NCBI GenBank assembly: GCA_010029175.1
Contig: RGNC01000001.1
Span: 1-42,089, forward strand
DNA: 42,089 bases
Direction: 5' to 3'
From: Synechococcaceae bacterium WB8_1B_136
GTDB lineage: Bacteria > Cyanobacteriota > Cyanobacteriia > PCC-6307 > Cyanobiaceae
Shown: positions 9,853-19,686 of the stretch, in pieces
Layout of the letters: the number at the start of each line of letters is the position of its first letter
How positions within the stretch are numbered: position 1 is the first letter of the stretch
Program-made: the position numbers and the translations under genes
The notes under the pieces: generated by a model
Databases searched by the model: none
What the model was told of the DNA's origin: nothing
Seen by the model: only the letters and a program-made list of their open reading frames with translations

Positions 9853-10596
9853 ATGGCCAGCCAGTGGCAGAACTTCCTCGGGAACCTGGGGCAATGGCGC
9901 GGCTCCTTCACCGGCATCAGCCCCGATGGGGCGCTGCTCAAGCACACCCCGTCGCTGCTGACGCTTGCGCCGGGCGAGACCGACGCCGCCGGCGCCATCA
10001 CGATGGTGCGGTTCGGCCTGCAGCGCTTTGAGGGGGGCGACACCACCGCAGCCCCCAGCAGCGATCTGAGCCAGGAGTACCGCAGCCTGGGCAAGCAGGT
10101 GGTGTTTTTCGACTCCGGCAGCTTCTGCAAGGGCTCGCTGCAGTTGGCCCCGGGCACGGTGTTCGGCGCTGAATTCGGCTTCATCCAGGGCGATCGCCGC
10201 CACCGCCTGGTGCTGCTCTACAGCGAGGCCGGCGCCCGCGATCAGCTGGTGCTGATCCGGGAGTTCCGGGTCGGCAGTGCCGCGTCTGAGCATGCGCCGC
10301 TCACGGCGGAGCAGCTGCAGGGGGCCTGGCGGGGCAGCAGTGCCACGATCAGTTCCGACTGGCCCGAGCCGGACTGTGGCCCCGGAGAGGCGGTGTTCGG
10401 CCCCGAGAAGCTGCAGGCCCTGCAGTGGCTGCCGGATGGCGGTTACGTGCGCTGGCCGAAGCAGGTGAGCCACCGCCAGGCCTTCAGCGTCGAGGCGGGC
10501 TGGCTCACGGCCCCGAACCGACTGGAGCGCCTCATCCGCCGCTACGACGCCAGCGGTGCCTGGCTGTCAGCCACCCAGGAGCTGCTCAGCCGGTAG
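9853..10596 (+). CDS. DUF3598-family cyanobacterial protein
   Basis: MASQWQNFLGNLGQWRGSF start, FFDSGSFCKGSLQL, FGAEFGF, RLERLIRRYDASGAW. Confidence 0.8.
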   Translation: MASQWQNFLGNLGQWRGSFTGISPDGALLKHTPSLLTLAPGETDAAGAITMVRFGLQRFEGGDTTAAPSSDLSQEYRSLGKQVVFFDSGSFCKGSLQLAPGTVFGAEFGFIQGDRRHRLVLLYSEAGARDQLVLIREFRVGSAASEHAPLTAEQLQGAWRGSSATISSDWPEPDCGPGEAVFGPEKLQALQWLPDGGYVRWPKQVSHRQAFSVEAGWLTAPNRLERLIRRYDASGAWLSATQELLSR

Positions 10597-10627
10597 AGCA
10601 ACAGGGCCGCTGCCGGGCCGCCGCTGC

Positions 10628-10852
10628 TCAGCTGGCCCGCTGCAGCTCTGGCTTTTCCTCCGGCAGGATTGCCCCCGCCACAGGACACACCTGCAGGCAG
10701 ATGCCGCAGTCGATGCAGGTGTCGAAATCGATCCAATAGAACGCCGTGCCCTTGGCGTTGGCGCCGGCACCGGGGTTGATGCAGGCCACGGGGCAGGCAT
10801 CCACGCAATCGGCCACACCCTCACAGACGTCGGTGACGATCGTGTGGGCCAT
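10628..10852 (-). CDS. Bacterial-type ferredoxin, probable [3Fe-4S][4Fe-4S]
   Basis: CEGVADCVDACP and CIDCGICLQVCP motifs, 74 aa. Confidence 0.92.
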   Translation of the reverse strand: MAHTIVTDVCEGVADCVDACPVACINPGAGANAKGTAFYWIDFDTCIDCGICLQVCPVAGAILPEEKPELQRAS

Positions 10853-10882
10853 GGCTGGAAGCGCCTTGAGGGTGCTGTGATC

Positions 10883-12067
10883 CTAGGCAGTGGCCTGGGG
10901 CAACCACAGGGCGCCGGCGCAGCCCCGTTGTGCGGCGATCGCCTGGGCTTCCAGTTCGCTGCCGCAGGGCTGATTGAGCAGTTCGGCCGGCTGACCCTCG
11001 GCGTGGAGTTGTTCCAGCCGATCCAGGGCTCCGGCCAGCTGGGCGGCATCGCCATAGGCCACCAGGGTTGGTGCCTGGCGGGCAGGGCCGCTGCTGTCGG
11101 TGCCCAGCAGCTCCCGGACGGCCTCCACCTGAACGCCGAAACCCATGCCGCCACTGGGGCCTCCGAAACGCGACACCAGGGCGTCGTAGCGGCCACCGCT
11201 GGCGATCTCCAGCGGGGCATGGGCCCCCTGGCACACCAGCGTCAGCACCAGCCCGTCGTAGAGGTCGAAATGGGGTTGGAAGCTCGGGTCGAGCTGAATC
11301 ACCACCCCCTGAGCGGATGCCGTGGGGGCAATGGCCTGGAGCGTGGCGGCCAACTGATCCAGCAGGCTGCAGGGGCCGAGCTGCTGCTCCAGCTGATACA
11401 GCACGGGCCCGGGCTCCCCCCGCAGCCGCATCAGCAGCTGCAGGCTCTGCCGTTGCTGCTGCGGCAGGTCCAGGCGCTCCAGGGCCAGGGGATCGAAGCT
11501 GGTGAGGGCCTGCCGCACCGCCGTGCGCTGGGGCGCCGGCACCTGATCCAGCAGGGCCGACAGCACGCCGTGGTGGCCCAGCAACAGCCGCGGCTGGTGG
11601 GCCTGATCAATGCCCAGGCTGCGCAGGCAGGCCAGCAGCAACCGCAACAGTTCCGCGTCGTCGGCGCTGGAGGCATCGGGCCCGCCCAGCAGTTCCACGC
11701 CGCTCTGCAGGCGCTCGTCGATGCGCTGGTTGCCGCCATCGGAGATGCCGCAGCGGAACACCGTGCCACAGCTCCACAGCCGCAGGGGGCGTGGCTGGGA
11801 GGCCATACGGGTGCAGGCCGCCCGGGCGATCGAGGCCGTCATCTCCGGCCGCAGGCCCAGGGGATCGTCGGCTGCCAGGCGCACCAGTTCGCGGCCATCG
11901 ATGCCGCCGCCGGCCTGGAGCGTTTCCAGCCGCTCCACCGTGGGTGGCGCCACCTCCTCGTAGCCCCAGAGCCGGTAGACCCCCGCCAGCAGATCGCACA
12001 GGCGGCGGTTGGCATCCACCTCCCGCGGATTGCGATCCCTGGCTCCGGCAGCGGGTTGCAGGGCCAT
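10883..12067 (-). CDS. hisZ: ATP phosphoribosyltransferase regulatory subunit
   Basis: QPAAGARD, LGLRPEMTASIAR, QSGVELLG, IASGGRYD (HisRS-like). Confidence 0.93.
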   Translation of the reverse strand: MALQPAAGARDRNPREVDANRRLCDLLAGVYRLWGYEEVAPPTVERLETLQAGGGIDGRELVRLAADDPLGLRPEMTASIARAACTRMASQPRPLRLWSCGTVFRCGISDGGNQRIDERLQSGVELLGGPDASSADDAELLRLLLACLRSLGIDQAHQPRLLLGHHGVLSALLDQVPAPQRTAVRQALTSFDPLALERLDLPQQQRQSLQLLMRLRGEPGPVLYQLEQQLGPCSLLDQLAATLQAIAPTASAQGVVIQLDPSFQPHFDLYDGLVLTLVCQGAHAPLEIASGGRYDALVSRFGGPSGGMGFGVQVEAVRELLGTDSSGPARQAPTLVAYGDAAQLAGALDRLEQLHAEGQPAELLNQPCGSELEAQAIAAQRGCAGALWLPQATA

Positions 12068-12090
12068 GGAGGGGAGAGCAGGCGGAATGG

Positions 12091-12106
12091 GGCGATCCTA
12101 TGGAGC
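12091..12106 (-). promoter_or_regulatory. GCTCCATAGGATCGCC motif (TAGGAT -10-like) upstream of hisZ, overlapping the suhB stop
   Basis: Identical 16-mer at 38105-38120. Confidence 0.5.
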
Positions 12107-13012
12107 GATGGCCGCTGCCTCCCCATCCAGCTCCGGCGCTCCGAAACAGGCACCGGCAAGGGGCCGACAGGCGGCCAGGCCCTCCATCAGCGGCTGGCGC
12201 AGGCCGGGAGTGCAGGCGATCAGGCGTCCCTCCGCCAGGCTGGCCGGGCTGCCGTCGTAGGCGCACACCACCCCTCCGGCCTGTTCCACCAGCACGATCC
12301 CCGCCGCCAGATCCCAGGGGGCCAGGCCCCGCTCCCAGTAGCCGTCGAGCCGACCCGCCGCCACGAAGGCCAGGTCCACCGCGGCGGCTCCGGCCCGTCG
12401 CACGCCACGGGTGCGGTGGGTGAACCAGGCGAATTCGGCGTAGTTGTTGTCGAGCCTGGTGTGGCGGTCGTAGGCGAAGCCGGTCACGAGCAGGGAGCTG
12501 GCGAGCTCCTCGCAGCCGCTCACCTGGATGGGGCTGTCGTTGCACCAGGCCCCCAGGCCGGGGGCGGCCCAGTAGAGCTGATCCAGGGCCGGCACGGCCA
12601 GGGCCCCCAGCAGGGGCAGGCCATTGCACGTGAGCCCGATGGAGGTGCCAAAAAAGGGATACCGGTGGGCGTAGTTGGTGGTGCCATCCAGGGGGTCAAC
12701 GCACCACTCGAGGGCTGAACCCTTCCCGGCGCGCCGACCGCTCTCCTCGGCCAGCACCCCGAGGCCCGGAGCCTCGCGCTCCAGCACCGCCAGAACGGCC
12801 TGCTCCGCCGCCACATCCGCCTCCGTGACCAGATCGCCGGCGCGCCCCTTCTCGCGGATCTGCTCCAGCTGGCCGAAATGGCGCATCAGCACCGCCGCAC
12901 CGGCCTGGGCCGCCGTACGGGCCACAACCAGCAGCCGTTCCAGTTCCGCCGGGGCCAGCCCCGAATCCTGCAGGGCCCGGGCCGAGAGGCAGAGGGAAGA
13001 GGCAGACGTCAT
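12098..13012 (-). CDS. suhB: Inositol monophosphatase family protein
   Basis: DLVTEAD, LAEES, WCVDPLDGTTNY, PWDLAAG. Confidence 0.9.
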   Translation of the reverse strand: MTSASSLCLSARALQDSGLAPAELERLLVVARTAAQAGAAVLMRHFGQLEQIREKGRAGDLVTEADVAAEQAVLAVLEREAPGLGVLAEESGRRAGKGSALEWCVDPLDGTTNYAHRYPFFGTSIGLTCNGLPLLGALAVPALDQLYWAAPGLGAWCNDSPIQVSGCEELASSLLVTGFAYDRHTRLDNNYAEFAWFTHRTRGVRRAGAAAVDLAFVAAGRLDGYWERGLAPWDLAAGIVLVEQAGGVVCAYDGSPASLAEGRLIACTPGLRQPLMEGLAACRPLAGACFGAPELDGEAAAIAP

Positions 13013-13389
13013 TCGTCGTCGAGGGGGAGGCCTGGACGCACCTTGCCACGGGCGAAGTGACGGCCGAACTGCAGCTCGTACACCTCGTCTTCATCCTGGG
13101 TCTCCACCTCCAGGGGGCCGGTGGCACGGGCCACGCACAGCAGGCCGTAGCCCTGGCGGCGGATCTCGCGGGAGAGGCCCAGGGCCTCCCGCTGATCGAT
13201 GTCGCCCTTCAGCACCCGCACAGCGCAGGCTGTGCAGCAGCCATTACGGCAGCTGAAGGGAAGAGGCTGCCCCTGCTCCTCAAAACTGCGCAGGATGTAC
13301 TCGCCTTCAGGCACCGAGACCTGCAGGGTGCGGCCCTGCTGACGCCAGTGCACGGTGATCGGGAAACTGCGGCTCGGGATGTTGCTCAT
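13009..13389 (-). CDS. Plant-type [2Fe-2S] ferredoxin-like protein
   Basis: LPFSCRNGCCTAC...LLCVA, acidic tail EDEVYELQFG. Confidence 0.9.
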   Translation of the reverse strand: MSNIPSRSFPITVHWRQQGRTLQVSVPEGEYILRSFEEQGQPLPFSCRNGCCTACAVRVLKGDIDQREALGLSREIRRQGYGLLCVARATGPLEVETQDEDEVYELQFGRHFARGKVRPGLPLDDE

Positions 13390-13507
13390 GGCTGAGATCC
13401 AGCGAGGGCAAGGGCGACTGCTACATTCTCACCGTTGCCCCGCGCAGCCGCGTTGTCTGTCTGATCACCCGCGATCGACCTCGGCAACGCTGCGAAAAGC
13501 CCCTCAC

Positions 13508-13594
13508 GGAGAGGTGGCCGAGTGGTCGAAGGCGCAGCACTGGAAATGCTGTATAGGGGCAACTCTATCGAGGGTTCGAATCCCTCCCTCTCCG
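13508..13594 (+). tRNA. tRNA-Ser(GGA)
   Basis: Acceptor GGAGAGG/CCTCTCC, anticodon arm CAGCA-CTGGAAA-TGCTG (GGA at 13542-13544), long variable arm, GGTTCGAATCC, discriminator G; CCA not encoded. Confidence 0.97.
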
Positions 13595-13601
13595 TTGCAC
13601 C

Positions 13602-13624
13602 AGCCGCCCATGGGCGGCTTTTTT
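13602..13624 (+). terminator. Rho-independent terminator after tRNA-Ser
   Basis: AGCCGCC-CATG-GGCGGCT stem-loop followed by a T run. Confidence 0.85.
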
Positions 13625-13759
13625 GTTGTCTGTTGAGTCCATCGCGGGGGCGTGGCTGCAGCGCTTGGGCCCGTTAGCCTGGACACTTCACGTGGGATTC
13701 CCCAGGGCCAGACATCTGATGGGGTGCGAGATGCGGTGCGAGCAGATGGGGCGGCGGTC

Positions 13760-15937
13760 GTGGCGCGCATAGTTGGCATCGATCTTGGAACCACCAACTC
13801 GGTGGTGGCGGTGCTGGAGGGTGGTCGCCCCCAGGTGATCGCCAGCGCCGAGGGCGGCCGCACCACCCCTTCCGTGGTGGGTTTCAGCAAGGACCAGGAG
13901 TTGCTGGTGGGGCAGCTGGCCCGGCGGCAACTGGTGTTGAACCCCCGCAACACCTTCGCCAACCTCAAGCGCTTCGTGGGGCGCCAGTGGGATGAGCTCG
14001 ATGAGGGCAGCCTCACCGTGCCCTACAGCATCCGCGCCAACGATCAGGGCAACGTGCGCGTGGTGTGTCCAGCCACGGAACGGGAGTACGCCCCGGAGGA
14101 GCTGGTGGCCAGCATCCTGCGCAAATTGGTGGACGACGCCAGCACTTATCTCGGCGAGCCGGTGGAAGCGGCGGTGATCACCGTGCCCGCCTACTTCAAC
14201 GACGCCCAGCGCCAGGCCACCCGCGACGCCGGTCGGCTGGCGGGCATCAGCGTGGAGCGGATTCTCAACGAGCCCACCGCGGCGGCCCTGGCCTACGGCT
14301 TCGATCGCAGCACCGTGAAGCGGGTGTTGGTGTTCGACCTGGGCGGCGGCACTTTCGACGTTTCGGTGCTGCGCATCGCTCAGGGCGTCTTCGACGTGAA
14401 GGCCACCAGCGGCGACACCCAGCTGGGCGGCAACGACTGGGATCGGCGCATCGTGGACTGGCTGGCCGATGCCTTCCAGAAGGAGCACGGCCTGGATCTG
14501 CGCCGCGACCGCCAGGCCCTGCAGCGGCTCACCGAGGCGGCGGAGAAGGCCAAGCAGGAGCTGAGCGGCGTGCAGAGCACCCCCATCTCCCTGCCCTTCA
14601 TCGCCACGGGGGCCGAGGGCCCCCTCCACATCGAAACCACGCTCGAGCGGGCCTGCTTCGAAAGTCTGTGCCCCGATCTTCTCGATCGCCTGCTGCGCCC
14701 CGTGCAGCGGGCCCTGCGGGATTCGGGGCTGGCGCCGGAGGACATCGACGACGTGGTGCTCGTGGGCGGCTCCACCCGAATGCCGATGGTGCAGCAGATG
14801 GTGCGCACCTTGATTCCGCTGGAGCCCTGCCAGTCGGTGAATCCCGATGAAGTGGTGGCGATCGGCGCCGCGGTGCAGGCCGGCATCCTCACCGGCGAGC
14901 TGCGGGATCTAATGCTCAACGACGTCACGCCGCTGTCGCTGGGGCTGGAGACGATCGGTGGGGTGATGAAGGTGCTGATCCCCCGCAACACGCCGATCCC
15001 GGTCCGCAAGAGCGATGTGTTCAGCACCTCCGAGGCCAACCAGAGCTCCGTGGAGATTCACGTGCTCCAGGGGGAGCGCCAGATGGCGGAGGGCAACAAG
15101 AGCCTGGGTCGCTTCCGCCTCTCCGGCATTCCGCCGGCCCCCCGCGGGGTGCCCCAGGTGCAGGTGTCGTTCGACATCGATGCCAATGGTCTGTTGCAGG
15201 TGTCGGCCACCGACCGCACTACCGGCCGCCAGCAGAGCGTGAGCATCCAGGGCGGCTCGAACCTCAGTGAGGAGGAGATCAACCAGCTGATCGCCGAAGC
15301 GGAGCGCAAGGCCAGCGAGGATCGGCGCCGGCGGGCCGAGATCGATCGCCGCAACCGAGCCCAAACCCTCGTGGCCCAGGCGGAGCGCCGCCTGCGCGAT
15401 GCCGCCCTGGAGCTGGGGCCCTACGGCGCCGAGCGGCAGCAGCGGGCTGTGGAGATCGCCATGCGCGATGTGCAGGATCTGATCGCCGACGACCGCGGCG
15501 ATCTGGGGGAACTCGATCTGGCCGTGAGCCAGTTGCAGGAGGCGCTGTATGGGCTCAACCGCCGCCTGGCCAGCGAGCGCAAGGTGGACACGAACCCCCT
15601 GCAGGGCCTCAAGAACACGCTCGGTTCCCTCAAGGACGAACTGTTCGCTGACGACGACTGGGATGAGTGGGACCGGGGCGGCCGCAGCCGCGATCCCTGG
15701 GCAGAACCCTCCTGGTCCGCGGCCCGGCAGGACCGCCGCAGCGTGGACGCCCCCCGTTGGGATCATCCCGGCTGGGGGGATGCCCCCCGATGGGAGCAGC
15801 CCAGCTGGGAGGAGGCGCGCTCCCGGCCCCCAGGGCCCGAGCGGGAACCGGAATCCTCCTATCCCGAGCGGCGCTATGGCGTACCCACCCGCCAGCGCTC
15901 CGCAGCCCTCAACGACGATCCATGGGCTGAGGACTGA
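13760..15937 (+). CDS. dnaK: Hsp70 chaperone DnaK (cyanobacterial DnaK3-like paralog with long acidic/Trp-rich tail)
   Basis: GTG start at 13760; [41 protein letters not shown]; tail ADDDWDEWD; dnaJ-domain gene directly downstream. Confidence 0.95.
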   Translation: MARIVGIDLGTTNSVVAVLEGGRPQVIASAEGGRTTPSVVGFSKDQELLVGQLARRQLVLNPRNTFANLKRFVGRQWDELDEGSLTVPYSIRANDQGNVRVVCPATEREYAPEELVASILRKLVDDASTYLGEPVEAAVITVPAYFNDAQRQATRDAGRLAGISVERILNEPTAAALAYGFDRSTVKRVLVFDLGGGTFDVSVLRIAQGVFDVKATSGDTQLGGNDWDRRIVDWLADAFQKEHGLDLRRDRQALQRLTEAAEKAKQELSGVQSTPISLPFIATGAEGPLHIETTLERACFESLCPDLLDRLLRPVQRALRDSGLAPEDIDDVVLVGGSTRMPMVQQMVRTLIPLEPCQSVNPDEVVAIGAAVQAGILTGELRDLMLNDVTPLSLGLETIGGVMKVLIPRNTPIPVRKSDVFSTSEANQSSVEIHVLQGERQMAEGNKSLGRFRLSGIPPAPRGVPQVQVSFDIDANGLLQVSATDRTTGRQQSVSIQGGSNLSEEEINQLIAEAERKASEDRRRRAEIDRRNRAQTLVAQAERRLRDAALELGPYGAERQQRAVEIAMRDVQDLIADDRGDLGELDLAVSQLQEALYGLNRRLASERKVDTNPLQGLKNTLGSLKDELFADDDWDEWDRGGRSRDPWAEPSWSAARQDRRSVDAPRWDHPGWGDAPRWEQPSWEEARSRPPGPEREPESSYPERRYGVPTRQRSAALNDDPWAED
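15746..15811 (+). repeat. Imperfect 33-bp tandem repeat in the dnaK tail ([11 protein letters not shown] / [11 protein letters not shown])
   Basis: gacgccccccgttgggatcatcccggctggggg then gatgccccccgatgggagcagcccagctgggag. Confidence 0.8.
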
Positions 15938-15942
15938 CGCCT

Positions 15943-16866
15943 GTGAGTCCGAATCACTGGGCGGTTCTCGGCCTCGAGCCCGGGGCCGACGCCACCAGCC
16001 TCAAGCGGGCCTTCCGCCAGCAGGCGCGCCGCTGGCATCCCGACCTCAACGGCAATGACCCCCACGCGGAGGAGCAGTTCAAGGCCGTCAACGAGGCCTA
16101 TGCGGTGCTCAGCGACCCCCGCCGCCGCCAGCAGTGGGAGGCGGGGCTGGAGGGCGACGAGGCGGCCCAGGCTGGCCTTGATCCCTTCGCCACGGGATTC
16201 CCGGAGTTCGACGACTACCTCGATGCCCTGTTCGGCGGCCGTTCCCCCAGGCGCCGCGGTGGGGATGTGGAGCAGGAGCTGCATTCAGCCGAACAGCACC
16301 GAACCGCCGAGCCCCCCCGCGGCGGTGATGTGACCCCCGCGCCACCGCCCCCCCCGCCGGTGGTGGCCAGCGGGGATGTGGAATCCCTGGTGCAGCTCAC
16401 CCCTGAGCAGGCGCTCCATGGCGAGCGGGTGGAGGTGGAGCTCAGCGATGGCACCGTGGTGGAGGTGTGGACCCCTGCCATGGCGGGCGATGGCTGGCGG
16501 TTGCGCTTGCCGGGGCTCACCCCGGGCGGTGGGGATCACTTCCTGCAGTTACAGGTGCGCACGGCCGAGGGCCTGCGCATCGATGGGCTGCGGGTGCTCT
16601 ATCAGCTCGATCTCTCCCCCGCCGATGGGGCCCTGGGCTGCGCGGTGGTGGTGCCCACCCTCGATGGCCCGGTGCAGCTGCGCATCCCACCAGGTTCCTC
16701 CAGCGGTCGGCTGTTGCGCCTGCGGGGCCGGGGCCTGGAACGGGGCCAGGAGCGCGGTGATCAGCTGGTGGAGATCCGCCTGGTGGTGCCCCAGGCCCTC
16801 ACCGAGGCCGAGGAGGCCCTTTACGGCCGTCTCCAACAGCTGGCCGCGGAGTTCGGCGATCAGTGA
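15943..16866 (+). CDS. dnaJ: DnaJ-class co-chaperone (J domain plus C-terminal domain, no zinc finger)
   Basis: WHPDLN HPD motif, FKAVNEAYAVLSDP, poly-Pro linker, LRLRGRG...GDQLV. Confidence 0.88.
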   Translation: MSPNHWAVLGLEPGADATSLKRAFRQQARRWHPDLNGNDPHAEEQFKAVNEAYAVLSDPRRRQQWEAGLEGDEAAQAGLDPFATGFPEFDDYLDALFGGRSPRRRGGDVEQELHSAEQHRTAEPPRGGDVTPAPPPPPPVVASGDVESLVQLTPEQALHGERVEVELSDGTVVEVWTPAMAGDGWRLRLPGLTPGGGDHFLQLQVRTAEGLRIDGLRVLYQLDLSPADGALGCAVVVPTLDGPVQLRIPPGSSSGRLLRLRGRGLERGQERGDQLVEIRLVVPQALTEAEEALYGRLQQLAAEFGDQ

Positions 16867-16895
16867 GACACTGGCGCCTGTCCCAATGGTCAACC

Positions 16896-17315
16896 ATGGC
16901 GGTGCACGTCCTGCTCTTCGACGCGGGGAGCGAGAACGAGGGCATCCACTCCCTTGAGCTCCAGGGCACCACGGTGGTGCTGCTGTTTGAAGACAGGGAC
17001 GATGCCGAGCGCTACGCCGGCCTGCTGGAGGCCCAGGATTTCCCGTTGCCCACGGTGGAGGCCCTGGATCGGGCGGAGATGGAGGCCTTCTGCGCCGGGG
17101 CCGGCTACGAGGCCCGGTTCGTGCCGGCCGGCTTCCTGCCCCAGTCGCCCGAGGAGCGGCTGTTGATCGCCCCGCCGGAAAAGAACATGGATGTGTCGAA
17201 CTGGAAGGAGCAGGACGACCCCCAGCTGGCCTCTCCCGCCGAGATCCATGAGCCGATCACCAGCGGCAATGCGGAGCTGGAGGACTTCCGCCGCCGCCTC
17301 GAGGGCCTGCTGTGA
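16896..17315 (+). CDS. DUF3110-family cyanobacterial protein
   Basis: [45 protein letters not shown] terminus. Confidence 0.82.
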   Translation: MAVHVLLFDAGSENEGIHSLELQGTTVVLLFEDRDDAERYAGLLEAQDFPLPTVEALDRAEMEAFCAGAGYEARFVPAGFLPQSPEERLLIAPPEKNMDVSNWKEQDDPQLASPAEIHEPITSGNAELEDFRRRLEGLL

Positions 17316-18244
17316 CCAGCCCAGCCCCGGAGAGTCGCGGCCATCTGCTCACCGAGCAGGCCAACCCCCACAGCGCCGATCTGGATCAGCTGAGCACCGC
17401 TGATCTGGTGCAGTTATTCTGCAACGAGGATCTGCGGCCCCAGCAGGCCGTGGCGGCCGCCGCTCCGGCCCTGGGTGCCGCCATCGACGCCATCGCCGGC
17501 CGGTTGCAGCGGGGCGGTCGCCTGTTCTATCTGGGAGCTGGCACCTCCGGCCGTCTGGGGGTGCTGGATGCGGCGGAATGTCCGCCCACGTTCTGCAGTC
17601 CACCGGAACTGGTGCAGGGGGTTCTGGCCGGTGGCGCTCCGGCATTGCTGCGCAGTTCCGAGGGCCTGGAGGATCTGTTCGAGGCCGGTCGCGACGACCT
17701 TGCCGCCCGTGGCTTCAGCGGCGCCGACTGCCTGGTGGGGATCGCCGCCGGTGGCACCACCCCCTACGTGCATGGCGGGCTGGAGCATGCCCGCAGCCTC
17801 GGGGCCCTGGCGATCGCCCTGGCCTGCGTGCCTGCGGAGCAGGTGCCGATGCCCTGCGACATCGACATCCGCCTGCTCACCGGGCCCGAGCTGCTCACCG
17901 GCTCCACCCGCCTGAAGGCGGGCACGGCCACCAAGATGGCCCTCAACATCCTCAGCACCGGCGTGATGGTGCGCCTGGGCAAGGTGTATGGCAACCGGAT
18001 GGTGGATGTGGCGGTCACCAACCGCAAGTTGGAGGACAGGGCCCTGCGCATCCTCCACGATCTGGCCGGGATCGAGCGTGACCAGGGCCGGCTGCTGCTG
18101 GAGCAGAGCGCTGGATCGGTGAAACTGGCCCTGCTGATGGCCCAGCTGGGGCTGTCCGCGGAGGCCGCCCGCCTGCAGCTTGAGGGCTGTGGTGGCCAGC
18201 TGCGCCAGGCCCTGGCGGCTCAGCCTTCGGCCGGGCCCCAGTAG
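17312..18244 (+). CDS. murQ: N-acetylmuramic acid 6-phosphate etherase
   Basis: [50 protein letters not shown]. Confidence 0.95.
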   Translation: MTSPAPESRGHLLTEQANPHSADLDQLSTADLVQLFCNEDLRPQQAVAAAAPALGAAIDAIAGRLQRGGRLFYLGAGTSGRLGVLDAAECPPTFCSPPELVQGVLAGGAPALLRSSEGLEDLFEAGRDDLAARGFSGADCLVGIAAGGTTPYVHGGLEHARSLGALAIALACVPAEQVPMPCDIDIRLLTGPELLTGSTRLKAGTATKMALNILSTGVMVRLGKVYGNRMVDVAVTNRKLEDRALRILHDLAGIERDQGRLLLEQSAGSVKLALLMAQLGLSAEAARLQLEGCGGQLRQALAAQPSAGPQ

Positions 18245-19090
18245 CGACTGGTGAACAGATCGAGCTTGCGCCGGGTGGCCGGCGGCACCTGATCCCTGGG
18301 GGTCATCAAGCCGTCCTGCAGGGCACTGTGGGCGATGCTGGATGGCCGCAGCGCCGCCACCCGCTCGGCGGTGGTGCGCACGATCCGGGTGGCGAGCTCG
18401 GCGTTGGCCCGCAGGTTGGCGATCACCATCTCCACCGTCACGCTGTCGTGGTCCGTAGGCGATTTCCGCCTCGCGGGCCAGCCGCGCCTCGGTGTGGTTG
18501 GTCATGCCGATCACGCTGCAACCCCAACTGCGGTAGAGGTTCGATTCAGCACGGGTGGAGAAGGCCGGGCCCTCCATGCACAGGTAGGTGCCGCCGCGGT
18601 GCAGCCGCCGCCCGTCGGGCATCAGGCTGTCGGCCACATCCCCCAGCAGCTGGCTGAGGGTGGGGCAGAAGGGATCCGCCAGGGCCACATGGGCCACGGC
18701 TCCGTCCCCGAAGAACGAGAGGGGGCGCTGCTGGCTGCGGTCGATGAACTGGTCGGGCACCACCATGTCCAGCGGCTTCACCTCCTCCCGCAGGGAGCCC
18801 ACCGCCGATGGGGAGAGGATCCAGCGCACCCCCAGGGAGCGCATCGCCCAGATGTTGGCCCGGTAGGGCACCTCCGTGGGGGTGAAGGTGTGGTGGCGAC
18901 CATGGCGGGCGAGGAACACCACCTCCATGCCCCCCAGCCGGCCCAGGCGCAGGGCATCGGAGGGAGTGCCGAAGGGGGTTTCGATCTGCAGTTCCTGGAT
19001 CTGCTCCAGCCCCTCCATGGAGTAGAGGCCACTGCCCCCCAGCACCCCCAGGCGCGCCTGGGAGAGATCAAGGGTTCCGGAAACCGCCAT
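18220..19090 (-). pseudogene. mtnP: S-methyl-5'-thioadenosine phosphorylase, frameshifted at 18454 (apparent ~41-bp deletion); true pseudogene or assembly error
   Basis: [46 protein letters not shown], then frame change to [14 protein letters not shown]; the TDYD segment is absent. Confidence 0.9.
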
Positions 19091-19226
19091 CGGCTGCACT
19101 CTGCTGCAACTGTTTTAACGGAGCACCTTCACCCGAGCGCCTTCAGCGGAGCTGAGGGACGCGGGCACAGGCGGCGCCTGGGCAGCGCCCCTGCCCATAC
19201 TGATCGGGTTTGCAGCAGATCATCCC

Positions 19227-19667
19227 GTGACCAAAGCCGTGATGGAGACCGATGCCGGCACCATCGAACTGGAGCTGTTCGATGCCGACGCCCCCAACAC
19301 CGTGGCCAATTTCGTGAAACTGGCCAAGGACGGCTTCTACGACGGGCTCGCCTTCCACCGGGTGATCCCCGGCTTCATGGCCCAGGGCGGCTGCCCCAAC
19401 AGCCGTGAGGGGGCCCGTGGCATGGCCGGCACCGGCGGCCCCGGCTACCAGATCGACTGCGAGATCAACAGCCAGAAGCACCAGGCCGGCACCCTGGCGA
19501 TGGCCCACGCCGGCAGGAACACCGGTGGCTCGCAGTTCTACATCTGCCACGAGGCCCAGCCCCACCTCGACGGCGTGCACACCGTGTTCGGCCACACCGG
19601 CAACATGGATGTGGTGTTGGCGCTGAAGAACGGCAGCCGCATCACCGCGGTGACGATTCAGGACTGA
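19227..19667 (+). CDS. Cyclophilin-type peptidyl-prolyl cis-trans isomerase
   Basis: [44 protein letters not shown]. Confidence 0.95.
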   Translation: MTKAVMETDAGTIELELFDADAPNTVANFVKLAKDGFYDGLAFHRVIPGFMAQGGCPNSREGARGMAGTGGPGYQIDCEINSQKHQAGTLAMAHAGRNTGGSQFYICHEAQPHLDGVHTVFGHTGNMDVVLALKNGSRITAVTIQD

Positions 19668-19686
19668 GGCCGTTGGACCCAGGCCC

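Noticed and set aside
10556-12718. Long alternative ORFs (720 aa here; also 23428-25398, 30076-31701, 33234-34853, 39116-40987)
   Set aside because: Antisense shadows of well-supported genes; expected in high-GC DNA; no recognisable motifs
13508-13760. tRNA-Ser as an island integration site
   Set aside because: Followed directly by its terminator and dnaK; no integrase or duplicated tRNA 3' end seen
13625-13760. CIRCE operator upstream of dnaK (also looked upstream of htpG)
   Set aside because: No TTAGCACTC-N9-GAGTGCTAA found
16348-16355. C8 homopolymer in dnaJ as a phase-variation tract
   Set aside because: Encodes a poly-Pro linker, the frame is intact, and such runs are unremarkable at this GC content
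17414-19099. 561-aa ORF as a novel MtnP fusion
   Set aside because: Product of the frameshift at 18454 running antisense through murQ; the true MtnP C-terminus is in another frame ending at 18220
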